Source: Candidatus Omnitrophota bacterium
Lineage (GTDB): Bacteria > Omnitrophota > Gorgyraeia > Pluralincolimonadales > Pluralincolimonadaceae
Assembly (NCBI GenBank): GCA_003141835.1
Contig: PLNR01000010.1
Coordinates: 3,768 to 67,767, forward strand
Direction: 5' to 3'
Length of the DNA stretch: 64,000 nt
A model generated the notes under the pieces. The model saw only the letters and a list, made by a program, of their open reading frames with translations. It was not told the origin of the DNA and ran no database searches. The translations under genes and the position numbers were made by a program. Shown one piece after another: positions 47,504-58,524 of this stretch (its first letter is position 1; every line of letters starts with the position of its first letter).

Positions 47504-48208
47504 GTGACTTTCGATATCTTAAAAATAACGGAAATAATAAAACAGGGGTCGCCCTGGACTTTCGTCGTCGTCTTCTGGGCGGCCGCGGTACTCAGCCTCG
47601 CCTCCTGCACCATAGTCAGGATTCCGGTGCTGGTCGGCCTTATCGGCGGCGCTTCCACGTCCAAAAAGAAGGCGTTCCTGCTGACGCTGTCTTTCGTATC
47701 CGCCCTCGTCCTGAGTTATACGCTTATGGGCGTCATGTTCTCCCTTATAGGCACGCTTGCCGGCCATATGATGAAGTTAAGCCGGTGCTTTTATTATTTC
47801 GCGGCCGTGATCATCCTGCCGGTCGGCCTGCAAATGGCGGGGCTTATTAAGTTCAGGTTCTTTGAGGATGCCGTATCTCGGGTTTTCCAGATACGGCACG
47901 GCGGAATGATCGGCGCTTTCCTGTTCGGGCTCGTCTTTGTCCTGTTCGAGGCGCCGACGTGCCCGGTCTGCGGCCCGTTCCTCCTGGTCATCGCGAGCCT
48001 CGGGATCCTGAAGCAGAACATAATCTATTGCATCCTGCTGTTCTTCACCTACGCGCTCGGCCAGTCGTTCCCGATAATACTGGTCGGCGTATTCAGCGGT
48101 ATCGTCAAATATATCAGCCCCAAAGTGGAGGCTGTGGAGAAGGTCGCCTCGATAATAGGCGGAAATATACTCATAGTGCTGGGCATATTCCTGTTCATAC
48201 TGGGATGA
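47504..48208 (+). CDS. ccdA: CcdA/DsbD-type thiol:disulfide transporter
   Basis: Six TM segments; SLASCT...P and PTCPVCGP. Confidence 0.8.
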   Translation: MTFDILKITEIIKQGSPWTFVVVFWAAAVLSLASCTIVRIPVLVGLIGGASTSKKKAFLLTLSFVSALVLSYTLMGVMFSLIGTLAGHMMKLSRCFYYFAAVIILPVGLQMAGLIKFRFFEDAVSRVFQIRHGGMIGAFLFGLVFVLFEAPTCPVCGPFLLVIASLGILKQNIIYCILLFFTYALGQSFPIILVGVFSGIVKYISPKVEAVEKVASIIGGNILIVLGIFLFILG

Positions 48209-48696
48209 CCATGATAGAGATAGGAAAAAAAAGAAATTATATCATAAGCGCGGTGATCATCGCGGTATCGTTCATCGCGCTGAGGCCGGCGCTCGCGTAC
48301 CTCCTTTACAGGCGGGCGGGGGATTATATGAGCGCGAGGATCGTACCCGACGCGGCGAGGAGTTATGAGAAGGCGATCGCCTTTAACGGAAAAGACGTCG
48401 ACTCCAGGAACTGGCTGGCGTATTGCTACAGCCTCATGGGCCGCGACGATAAGGCCTTAGTCGAATACAAGAAAGCGATAGAGCTTGACCCCGACGATGC
48501 CGTCGCCCTTTTCGACGCCGGGATGATCTATAAAAAGGCCGGGGACTTAAAGTCGGCGAAGGAATATCTCTCGAAAGCGGCGGTTGCGGAGAAAAGCCCG
48601 AATGTCACCGACCAGAATTACAAGTTTTTCACTAAGTCCGCCGGGACGATGCTGGAGATCATAGCGAAGGCGGAAAAGAAACGCGCCGCCCCGTAG
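48205..48696 (+). CDS. Membrane-anchored TPR protein
   Basis: Start reassigned to ATG 48205; N-terminal TM; A...Y.KAI, YKKAIELDP. Confidence 0.8.
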   Translation: MTMIEIGKKRNYIISAVIIAVSFIALRPALAYLLYRRAGDYMSARIVPDAARSYEKAIAFNGKDVDSRNWLAYCYSLMGRDDKALVEYKKAIELDPDDAVALFDAGMIYKKAGDLKSAKEYLSKAAVAEKSPNVTDQNYKFFTKSAGTMLEIIAKAEKKRAAP

Positions 48697-48700
48697 CGGC

Positions 48701-48729
48701 TTGACAGGCCTCCGGCGGTATGATATATT
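48701..48729 (+). promoter_or_regulatory. Sigma70 promoter of the hydrogenase operon
   Basis: TTGACA-17-TATATT. Confidence 0.55.
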
Positions 48730-48786
48730 AGCATTCCTAGTTTCCCACCGGGGGCCTTTAACCAAACTTCGGAGACAAAAACCAAG

Positions 48787-49269
48787 ATGCGCGAAGAGAA
48801 ACTATCCGTCGATATCGAGAATATCGTCAAGAAATGGGAGGGCAAGAAGGGCAGCCTGATCATGATCCTGCACGATATCCAGAACCTCTACGGATACGTC
48901 CCGCGCGCGACGTCGCTCCAGCTTTCGAACTACCTCGAGGTCCCGCTCGCCAGGATATACGAAGTCATCACCTTTTACCATTTCTTCAAACTTGAGCCGC
49001 CCGGCAAGCACCTGATACAGGTCTGCATGGGCACGGCCTGCTATCTCAAGGGCGCCTCGGACCTGCTCCATGAATTGCGCGATATACTCGGCGTCAGGGA
49101 AGGGACAACCACCAAAGACGGGCTTTTCCGCCTCGAGGTCGTAAGGTGCCTCGGCTGCTGCGGGCTCGCCCCGGTCGTAAAGGTAGACAGCAAGGTCTAC
49201 AGCAAGGTCACGAAAGACCGCGTTGCGGACATACTCTCCGAATATGAACAGGAAGCGGCCGTCAAATGA
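48787..49269 (+). CDS. hydC: [FeFe]-hydrogenase NuoE-like [2Fe-2S] subunit (HndA/HydC)
   Basis: VITFY, VCMGTAC, CLGCC..AP. Confidence 0.9.
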   Translation: MREEKLSVDIENIVKKWEGKKGSLIMILHDIQNLYGYVPRATSLQLSNYLEVPLARIYEVITFYHFFKLEPPGKHLIQVCMGTACYLKGASDLLHELRDILGVREGTTTKDGLFRLEVVRCLGCCGLAPVVKVDSKVYSKVTKDRVADILSEYEQEAAVK

Positions 49270-49628
49270 GCAAGATAACAAAAGAAGAACTTGATAATAT
49301 AGCGAAACAGCCGAAAAAAGAAGATAAGGACTGGATAAAGGTCGGGATGTCGAGCTGCGGCATCGCGGCCGGCGCCGAAGAGGTCTTCAAGACGCTCACC
49401 GAAGAGGTGAAGAAGAGGAACATCCAGGTCGCGATAAAGAAATGCGGCTGCGTCGGGATGTGCTCGGTCGAGCCGCTCGTCGAGGTGAACGTCGAGGGGA
49501 TGCCGCAGGTTACCTACGGCAAGGTGGACAAGGACGTCGCGATACAGATATTGGACGACCACATACACAACCACAGGCTGGTCAACGACCATATTTACGA
49601 TATACAGGTAAAGAAGGCTGATGGATAA
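49266..49628 (+). CDS. Thioredoxin-like ferredoxin subunit (HndB-like)
   Basis: VGMSSCGIAAGA, GCVGMC..EP.VEV. Confidence 0.85.
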   Translation: MSKITKEELDNIAKQPKKEDKDWIKVGMSSCGIAAGAEEVFKTLTEEVKKRNIQVAIKKCGCVGMCSVEPLVEVNVEGMPQVTYGKVDKDVAIQILDDHIHNHRLVNDHIYDIQVKKADG

Positions 49629-51360
49629 GAAGATAGTATTCATAAAGGATACCGGGATATCGCTGCCGGAGAGGACAAAGGACGTCTACGCGGCCTTCCT
49701 TAACGGCCTCCGCGACCGCGGCATGCAGGATTCGGTGATGGCCGTTCGCGTCGCCGATATCGGCGCCTATAGCCAGGGCGTGGTGATAAAGGTCCTCCCG
49801 GACACGACTTATTACAACGTCAAAGACGCGGATATCAACCGCATCATAGATTCCATAAAAGAGGGCAAGGCCGTCCAGGACCTCGCAACGCGCAAGGAAG
49901 CCAAACAATTAAGGATAGTCCTGAGGAACTGCGGCGTTGTCGACCCGGATAATATCGACGATTATCTCGCAAGGGACGGTTACCAGTCGATAAAGAAAGT
50001 CCTCTTTGAATTAAAGACGCAGGAAAAAGTTATAGACGAGATAAAGAAGAGCGGCCTTCGCGGCAGGGGCGGCGCAGGATACCCGACGTGGATGAAGTGG
50101 AATTTCGCGAAACAGATGGCCGCAGACCAGAAATACGTCATCTGCAACGGCGATGAGGGCGACCCGGGCGCTTACATGGACAGGAGCGTGCTCGAGGGCG
50201 ACCCGTACTCGGTAGTCGAGGGGATGATGATCGCCGGTTTTTCTATCGGGGCCACAAAAGGATATTTTTATATCAGGGCGGAATACCCGCTCGCTGTCGA
50301 CAGGATCCAGAATGCCATTGACCGCTGTTACGAGCGCGGGCTCCTGGGCAACAATATATTAGGAAGCAGTTTTAATTTCGACCTCGAGATAAGGCTCGGC
50401 GCCGGCGCTTTCGTCTGCGGCGAGGAGACGGCGCTCATAGCGTCGATCGAGGGGAGGAGAGGAACGCCTCATCCGCGTCCCCCGTATCCTTCGGTAAAGG
50501 GCCTCTGGGGCAGCCCGACGGTAATAAATAACGTCGAGACGCTCGCCAACGTCCCTTATATCATACTTAAAGGCGGAGATGTATTCGCCCGCGTCGGCAC
50601 GGCGACATCGAAAGGCACGAAAGTCTTCGCGCTGACAGGCAAGATAAAAAATTCCGGGCTCGTCGAGGTCCCCATGGGCACGACTATCCGCGAGATAGTA
50701 TTCGATATAGGCGGCGGCATATTCAATAACAAGGCGATCAAGGCGATACAGACAGGCGGCCCGTCCGGCGGCGTTATCCCTAAGGATTTTCTCGATACGC
50801 CGGTAGATTACGAGAACCTCCAGAAGCTCGGCTCCATAATGGGCTCAGGCGGCATGATAGTCATGGACGAGGACGACTGCATGGTCGATATCGCGAGGTT
50901 CTACCAGAGGTTCTGCTTTGAAGAGTCGTGCGGCAAGTGCTCGCCCTGCAGGATCGGCACGGCGCAGATGCTCAACACCTTGAGCAAGATCGCGGAGGGC
51001 CTGGGAGAATTGAGCGACCTTGATAATTTACGGAGGATATCGCAGGCGATGCAGAAAGCCGCGCTCTGCGGCCTCGGCCAGACCGCGCCGAACCCGGTCG
51101 TCTCAACGCTAAGATATTACCAGGACGAATACGAAGTCCATATCATCAACAAGAAATGCCCGTCGAAGAAATGCCGCAACCTTTTGAGCTATAAGATCAT
51201 CCCCGAGAAATGCAAGAAGTGCTCGGTCTGCATGATGAACTGCGAGGCGAAGGCGATAACCGGCAACAAAGACGACGGCTATACCATAGACATGAACAAA
51301 TGCGTCCGCTGCGGAAAATGTTTCGAGGTCTGCAAGTTCAAGGCGGTATCAAAGGAATAA
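49621..51360 (+). CDS. hydB: [FeFe]-hydrogenase NuoF-like FMN/NAD-binding subunit (HndC/HydB)
   Basis: GRGGAG.P, NGDEGDPG, GAFVCGEET, GGPSGG, ESCGKC.PCR, C-terminal 2x[4Fe-4S]. Confidence 0.93.
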   Translation: MDKKIVFIKDTGISLPERTKDVYAAFLNGLRDRGMQDSVMAVRVADIGAYSQGVVIKVLPDTTYYNVKDADINRIIDSIKEGKAVQDLATRKEAKQLRIVLRNCGVVDPDNIDDYLARDGYQSIKKVLFELKTQEKVIDEIKKSGLRGRGGAGYPTWMKWNFAKQMAADQKYVICNGDEGDPGAYMDRSVLEGDPYSVVEGMMIAGFSIGATKGYFYIRAEYPLAVDRIQNAIDRCYERGLLGNNILGSSFNFDLEIRLGAGAFVCGEETALIASIEGRRGTPHPRPPYPSVKGLWGSPTVINNVETLANVPYIILKGGDVFARVGTATSKGTKVFALTGKIKNSGLVEVPMGTTIREIVFDIGGGIFNNKAIKAIQTGGPSGGVIPKDFLDTPVDYENLQKLGSIMGSGGMIVMDEDDCMVDIARFYQRFCFEESCGKCSPCRIGTAQMLNTLSKIAEGLGELSDLDNLRRISQAMQKAALCGLGQTAPNPVVSTLRYYQDEYEVHIINKKCPSKKCRNLLSYKIIPEKCKKCSVCMMNCEAKAITGNKDDGYTIDMNKCVRCGKCFEVCKFKAVSKE

Positions 51361-51361
51361 A

Positions 51362-53113
51362 ATGGCAAAATCCATACAAGCGAAGATAAACGACATATTC
51401 ATCAAAGTCCCCGAGGGGACGACAATACTCGAGGCGGCCAAGAGCGTCCAGATAAAGATACCGACGCTGTGCAAGCATCCCGACCTGCCGCCGTCAGCTT
51501 CGTGCGGCATCTGCGTGGTAAAGGCGAAGGGCTCGAACAAGATGCTCAGGGCCTGCTGCACGCCTCTCGACGAGGGCATGGAGATAACGACCCACGATCC
51601 CGAAATAGTCGCGATAAGGAGGAGCGTCCTCGAACTGATACTTTCGAACCATCCCAACGACTGCCTTATCTGCGGACGCAACAATAACTGCGAACTCCAG
51701 AAGATAGTCGCGGATTTCGGCATCTCGGAAGAATATTTCCCGAAGATAAAGCGCGACCTTCCGATGGATGACTCGACCAAGGCCGTCGTCCTCGAGCCGG
51801 AAAAATGCATTTTGTGCGGCAGGTGCATCTATGTCTGCCAGGATATGCAGGATGTATGGGCGCTCTCGTTCCTCCAGCGCGGCATAAAGACAAGGTTCTC
51901 CCCGGCCGGCGATATAACGTTGGCCGAGTCGCCGTGCATAAAGTGCGGCCAGTGCTCGGCGCATTGCCCGACCGGCGCTATCGTCGAATACTTCGACGTG
52001 CCGAAGGTCTGGAAGGCGCTCGAGAATCCCGATAAATATTGCGTAGTGCAGATCGCCCCGGCTGTCAGGGCCTCCATAGGTGAGGCGTTCGGGGTCGCGG
52101 GAAAAAATTTCACGGGGAAATTATACGCGTTATTGAGGAGGCTCGGTTTCAAGGCGGTATTCGATACGAGCTTCGCGGCCGATGTCACTATCATGGAAGA
52201 GGCGAGCGAGTTCGAGCAGAGGTTCGTGAAGGGCACAAAGCCGCTTCCGTTGATCACGACCTGCTGCCCGTCGTGGGTGGATTTCATGGAGAAGTTCCAC
52301 ACCGACATGATCGAACATTTCTCGTCCTGCAAGTCTCCGCACGAGATCCTCGGCGTGCTCTCTAAGACATACTACGCCTCGAAAAACAACATTGACCCTT
52401 CGAAGATAGTAATGGTCTCGGTAATGCCCTGCACCGCAAAGAAATACGAGATAACCAGGACCGACGAGATGTCTGCCTCGGGATATCAGGACGTCGACAT
52501 CGTCATGACGACAAGGGAGCTCGCGCTGATGATAAAACAGGCGGGCATAGATTTCATGAACCTTCCCGATGAAGAATCGGACACGATACTCGGCGAATAC
52601 GCCGGCGCCGGAGTCATCTTCGGTTCGACCGGCGGCGTCATGGAAGCCGCGTTAAGGACAGCGAATTATTTCATAACCGGCGAAGAGTTGAAGAAAGTCG
52701 ACCTTGATGTAGTCAGGGGCCTTAAGAGGGTAAAAGAGGGCGAGATCGAAGTCGGCGGCAAGAAAGTCCGCGTTGCGGTCGCGCACGGCATGGCGAACGT
52801 CGAATATGTTTTAAATAAAGTAAGGGAAGCGAAGAAGGCGGGCAAGGAATTGCCCTACCATTTTATCGAAGTAATGGCATGCCCGGGCGGCTGCGTCGGA
52901 GGCGGCGGGCAGCCGTACATGGTAACCGACGAGGTCAGGACTCTCAGGGCCGCGGCGCTATATGAAGACGACAAGACCAAAGCGGTGCGGTGCTCGCACC
53001 AGAACCCGTATATAAAGAGGCTTTACAAGGAATTCCTGGAGAAGCCGTTGAGCGAAAAATCCGAGAAACTTCTCCACACGACCTACAAAGGCCGTCCCAT
53101 CTACAAGAGATAG
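51362..53113 (+). CDS. hydA: [FeFe]-hydrogenase catalytic subunit, group A (HndD/HydA)
   Basis: H-cluster motifs TTCCPSW, MPCTAKKYE, EVMACPGGCVGGGGQP; N-terminal [2Fe-2S], His-ligated [4Fe-4S] and 2x[4Fe-4S]. Confidence 0.96.
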   Translation: MAKSIQAKINDIFIKVPEGTTILEAAKSVQIKIPTLCKHPDLPPSASCGICVVKAKGSNKMLRACCTPLDEGMEITTHDPEIVAIRRSVLELILSNHPNDCLICGRNNNCELQKIVADFGISEEYFPKIKRDLPMDDSTKAVVLEPEKCILCGRCIYVCQDMQDVWALSFLQRGIKTRFSPAGDITLAESPCIKCGQCSAHCPTGAIVEYFDVPKVWKALENPDKYCVVQIAPAVRASIGEAFGVAGKNFTGKLYALLRRLGFKAVFDTSFAADVTIMEEASEFEQRFVKGTKPLPLITTCCPSWVDFMEKFHTDMIEHFSSCKSPHEILGVLSKTYYASKNNIDPSKIVMVSVMPCTAKKYEITRTDEMSASGYQDVDIVMTTRELALMIKQAGIDFMNLPDEESDTILGEYAGAGVIFGSTGGVMEAALRTANYFITGEELKKVDLDVVRGLKRVKEGEIEVGGKKVRVAVAHGMANVEYVLNKVREAKKAGKELPYHFIEVMACPGGCVGGGGQPYMVTDEVRTLRAAALYEDDKTKAVRCSHQNPYIKRLYKEFLEKPLSEKSEKLLHTTYKGRPIYKR

Positions 53114-53115
53114 CC

Positions 53116-53145
53116 TGGGGGACGTCCCATTGGGGGACACCCCAT
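53116..53145. repeat. Tandem 15-bp REP-like units TGGGGGACGTCCCAT / TGGGGGACACCCCAT
   Basis: Read directly from the sequence; shares GGGAC...CATT with the elements at 59175 and 61655. Confidence 0.65.
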
Positions 53146-53147
53146 TT

Positions 53148-53236
53148 TATACCTGCGGTGAAGAGCGACAACGCTCTGAGGCCAAGGGGCTGAAAGTAGC
53201 ATATATTAGCCCGGCTTCGCCATGCCGGGCTTTTTT
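53148..53236 (+). ncRNA. Candidate cis-regulatory RNA (riboswitch-like aptamer + terminator/antiterminator)
   Basis: Hairpins AGAGCG-acaa-CGCTCT and GCC-aagg-GGC; terminator AGCCCGGC/GCCGGGCT plus a T run; alternative pairing GGGCTGA/TTAGCCC. Confidence 0.5.
53208..53236 (+). terminator. Intrinsic terminator ending 14 nt upstream of the maturase operon start codon
   Basis: 8-bp GC-rich stem, 8-nt loop, T run. Confidence 0.8.
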
Positions 53237-53250
53237 AATGCGGAGGAAAA

Positions 53251-53502
53251 ATGAACAAGAGGCTGGGATTTATGGGGATAATAGTGACTGACAGGAACAA
53301 GCAGGCCGGCGAGGTCAATAAGATCCTCTCCGAGTTCGGGAATATTATCCAAGGAAGGATGGGTATCCCGTACAAAGAGAGGAATTGCTCGATAATAACG
53401 CTCATCGTAGACGCATCGACCGACGATGTCGGCGCGCTGACCGGAAGGCTTGGGCTGATACCCGGCGTATCGGTAAAATCGGCGCTAAGCAAAGGTAAAT
53501 AA
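53251..53502 (+). CDS. TM1266-family iron-only hydrogenase system regulator (ACT-like)
   Basis: VN.ILS....II.GRMGIPY, L.GRLG.IPGVSVKS; context. Confidence 0.9.
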   Translation: MNKRLGFMGIIVTDRNKQAGEVNKILSEFGNIIQGRMGIPYKERNCSIITLIVDASTDDVGALTGRLGLIPGVSVKSALSKGK

Positions 53503-54883
<1,381 letters not shown>

Positions 54884-54900
<17 letters not shown>

Positions 54901-56137
54901 ATCGTTAAGGTTGCAGATAGGCATCTTCGGCCGGACGAACGTCGGCAAATCGAGCTTCCTTAATATGGTAGCCGGCCAGGACGTGGCGATAACCTCGCCG
55001 GTCGCCGGCACGACGACTGATGTGGTCGAGAAATCGATGGAGCTTTTGCCGGTCGGCCCGGTGGTTTTCCTCGATACTGCCGGCCTCGACGATAAGTCCG
55101 AGCTCTCTTCGGCGCGCCTCAGCAAAACGAAGAAGATCTTCGACCGTTCGGATGTCGTGATACTCATAATCGAGCCGGGGATATGGACCGATTATGAGGA
55201 CGCGGTCCTGGCTGAGGCGAATAAACGCAAGATACCGGTTATCGCGGCTATAAATAAGATCGACCTCGGGATGCCGGCGGCCGCATTCGTCAATAATATC
55301 ATTAAAAAGATAAACAGGGTCATCCTCTGTTCGAGCGTGAACGGCAAGGGCAGGGACAAGAGCGTAAATGAATTAAAAAAATACCTGCTCGAGGCCTGCC
55401 CCGAAGATTTCTTTAATCCGGCCGCGCTTATCGGCGATCTGCTCCCGGCAGGCGGGCTCGCAGTCCTCATCGTCCCGATAGACCTGCAGGCGCCGAAAGG
55501 CCGTCTCATACTTCCGCAGGTCCAGACGATACGCGACGCGCTCGACAACGATTCGTCCGCGCTCGTCGTGAAAGAGAGAGAATACGCGTCCGCGCTCGCC
55601 AGGCTAAAATCGCCGCCGGATATAGTTGTCTGCGATTCTCAGGTCGTATTAAAGATGGTCGCGGATACGCCGCCGTCAATTAAATGCACGACATTTTCTA
55701 TTTTATTTTCCCGGTATAAAGGCGACCTCATCGAGGCGGCAAAGGGAGCCGCGGCCATAGGAACGCTGAAGCCCGGAGATAAGGTATTGATCGCCGAAGC
55801 TTGCAGCCACCACGCGATAGAAGACGACATCGGCCGCGTGAAGATCCCGCGCTGGCTAAGGCAATACGTCGGCGGAGACCTGACGGTCGATATCTGTTCG
55901 GGCCGCGATTACCCTGATAACCTGAAGGAATATAAACTGGTGATCCATTGCGGCGGCTGCATGATAACGCGCCGCGAGATGCTCAGCCGTATAGAAAAAG
56001 CGAAAGAGGCGGGTGTGCCGATAACAAATTACGGGCTCGCCATATCCGTTTCACAGGGCGTGGTAAAAAGGGTGCTCTCGCCGTTCCCGGCGGCCCTCGA
56101 CGCTTTTGAAATAATGACGAAAAAGGAGAAGAGATGA
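54884..56137 (+). CDS. hydF: [FeFe]-hydrogenase maturation GTPase HydF
   Basis: GRTNVGKS, GTTTD, DTAG, NKID, APKGRLILPQ, EACSHH, HCGGC. Confidence 0.96.
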
Positions 56138-57516
56138 AATACATAGACAATAACAGGATACAGGACCTGCTCAACAACGCGGGCAAGGCCGGCGAAGATA
56201 AGATCGAGGAGATGCTGAAGAAATCCCGCTCGCTCAAGCGACTTTCGCTCGAGGAGACGGCCGCGCTTTTGGCGGTCAACGACCCGCGCCTGGTAAAAAA
56301 GATACACGAGGCCGCGGCTTACGTCAAGAACGCCATCTACGGCAACCGCGTTGTCCTGTTCGCCCCACTTTATATCTCTAATTTTTGCGCGAACAAGTGC
56401 GTCTACTGCGCGTTCCAGTCCGGGAATGCCGAATTAAAAAGGAAATACCTTAACGCCGCCGAGATCCGCGAGCAGGTCGAGTGGCTGTTGAAGAGAGGGC
56501 ACAAGCGCATCCTCGTAGTCGCCGGCGAGTCGGGCGTCCCGGGGAAAACCGCCATCGAATATTATACCGAGGCGGTCGAGGCCGCGTATTCGGCGCGCGT
56601 CGGCCCGCACTATATAAAGAGGGTGAATATAAATTGCGCGCCCCTTTCCGTAGAGGATTTTAAAAAACTCAAGGCCGCGAACATCGGCACATTCCAGTTA
56701 TTCCAGGAGACCTATCACGACGAGACATACAGGAAATGCCACATTAAAGGGCCGAAGAGCGACCCTGACAACCGCCTCGACGCCATCGACCGCGCTTTCG
56801 CGGCCGGAATCGACGACGTCGGCATAGGGCCGCTTTACGGGCTTTACGATTACAGGTTCGAGACTCTGGCGATGATGATGCATATCGAGCACCTCGAGAA
56901 AAAATTCAACGTCGGCCCGCACACGATATCGGTTCCGCGCATCGAGCCTGCGGTGGGGTCAGAGTTTTCACTCCATCCCCCATACCAGGTCTCAGATGAC
57001 GATTTCAAGAAACTCGTCGCCGTCATCCGCCTGTCGGTCCCGTATACCGGGATGATACTTACGACGAGGGAGACGGCAGAGATGAGGGACCAGGTCATAA
57101 GCCTCGGCATTTCGCAGATAAGCGCCGGATCGAAGACCTCGCCCGGCGGATATTCAGACAGCGAGAAATGGGACGGACAGTTTGCCACGAGCGACAAGCG
57201 CAACCTTGAAGAGCTCGTCGGAATGCTCATTGAGAAAAATTATATCCCGAGCTTCTGCGCCGCCTGCTACCGCAGGGAGAGGACAGGGGAGAACTTCATG
57301 AGCCTGGCAAAGCCCGGCCTCATCAAGGGCATGTGCAGCATCAACGCGCTCGTGACGCTCAAGGAATACCTCGCCGACTTCGCCTCGCCAAAAGTAAAAG
57401 AAGCGGGCTATAAACTTATCGAGCGCGAGACCGCCAAGCTCGACGAAAAATCCCGCGCGCAAATATCAAAGTTATTCTCCGCGGTCGATGCGGGCATGCG
57501 TGATGAATATGTATGA
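56134..57516 (+). CDS. hydG: [FeFe]-hydrogenase maturation radical SAM HydG
   Basis: FAPLY.SN.C.N.C.YC, FQETY, GPHTISVPR, PSFC.ACYR...C. Confidence 0.94.
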   Translation: MKYIDNNRIQDLLNNAGKAGEDKIEEMLKKSRSLKRLSLEETAALLAVNDPRLVKKIHEAAAYVKNAIYGNRVVLFAPLYISNFCANKCVYCAFQSGNAELKRKYLNAAEIREQVEWLLKRGHKRILVVAGESGVPGKTAIEYYTEAVEAAYSARVGPHYIKRVNINCAPLSVEDFKKLKAANIGTFQLFQETYHDETYRKCHIKGPKSDPDNRLDAIDRAFAAGIDDVGIGPLYGLYDYRFETLAMMMHIEHLEKKFNVGPHTISVPRIEPAVGSEFSLHPPYQVSDDDFKKLVAVIRLSVPYTGMILTTRETAEMRDQVISLGISQISAGSKTSPGGYSDSEKWDGQFATSDKRNLEELVGMLIEKNYIPSFCAACYRRERTGENFMSLAKPGLIKGMCSINALVTLKEYLADFASPKVKEAGYKLIERETAKLDEKSRAQISKLFSAVDAGMRDEYV

Positions 57517-58480
57517 TGCAAAGGAGATCGAACGGCTGCTTTCGCTCGAGGATGAAAAGTCGCTTCAGGAGCTTTATGAAGCGGCCGATAAAGTCCGTCA
57601 TGAATACGTAGGCGACGCGATACTCCTGCGCGGGCTTGTCGAGTTCTCAAATTATTGCGGAAAACATTGTTACTATTGCGGGCTCAACGCGACTAACAGG
57701 TCTCTCGAAAGATACCGCCTGACAAAAGAGGAGATACTTGAGAGCATCGAGCGGATCGCCGCCGCAAATATCAAGACCGTCGTCCTGCAGTCGGGCGAGA
57801 ATCCTACGCTGAGGCCCGAGTGGCTTGCCGGCCTCATTAAAGATATAAAATCAAGATATGAGATCGCGGTGACTCTATCCGTAGGCGAGAGGCCGCGGGA
57901 AGATTATAAATTATGGAAGGATGCCGGCGCTGACAGGTATCTTCTTAAGATCGAGACCTCGGAGAAGGCGCTTTACAATTCCCTGCACTATGGCATGGAT
58001 TTCGAGAACCGCCTGCGCTGCCTGCGCGACCTGAAAGGCCTGGGTTACGAGACCGGCTCCGGCATAATGGTCGGCCTTCCCGGGCAGACCTTGCATTCCA
58101 TAGCGAATGACATATTATTTTTCAAAAAATGGGATTTTGACATGATAGGCATAGGGCCTTTCATCCCTCACGGTAAAACGCCGTTCGCGGACAAGCAGGC
58201 CGGCGGTGTGAACCTCGTCCTTAAAACGCTGGCGCTCACCCGCATCGCCGTGAAAAGGGCGAACCTCCCGGCTACCACCGCGCTCGGCAGTTTAGGAAAG
58301 GATTTCAGGGTAGAGGGGCTGAAGGCCGGCGCCAACGTGCTCATGCCTAATTTCACGCCCGCGCCTTACAAGAAATTATACGAGATCTACCCCAATAAAA
58401 GATGCATCAGCGAATCGACCGGCGCCTGCGGCCCGTGCATGGAGTCCATCGCCGCCTCGATAGGCCGTACTGTTGCCTGA
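57509..58480 (+). CDS. hydE: [FeFe]-hydrogenase maturation radical SAM HydE
   Basis: RGLVEFSN.C...C.YCG, LQSGE, RYLLK.ET, GIGPFIPH, GANV.MPN, Y.IYP.K. Start is 57503 or 57509. Confidence 0.93.
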   Translation: MYDAKEIERLLSLEDEKSLQELYEAADKVRHEYVGDAILLRGLVEFSNYCGKHCYYCGLNATNRSLERYRLTKEEILESIERIAAANIKTVVLQSGENPTLRPEWLAGLIKDIKSRYEIAVTLSVGERPREDYKLWKDAGADRYLLKIETSEKALYNSLHYGMDFENRLRCLRDLKGLGYETGSGIMVGLPGQTLHSIANDILFFKKWDFDMIGIGPFIPHGKTPFADKQAGGVNLVLKTLALTRIAVKRANLPATTALGSLGKDFRVEGLKAGANVLMPNFTPAPYKKLYEIYPNKRCISESTGACGPCMESIAASIGRTVA

Positions 58481-58524
58481 ATTTTGTGCTATAATCTATC
58501 CATAACTTACAGGAGGGGGATAAG

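Noticed and set aside
53176-53196. Hammerhead ribozyme-like CTGA...stem...GAAA
   Set aside because: The core reads CTGAGGC rather than CUGANGA, and no compatible stems I/III with a cleavage triplet are evident.
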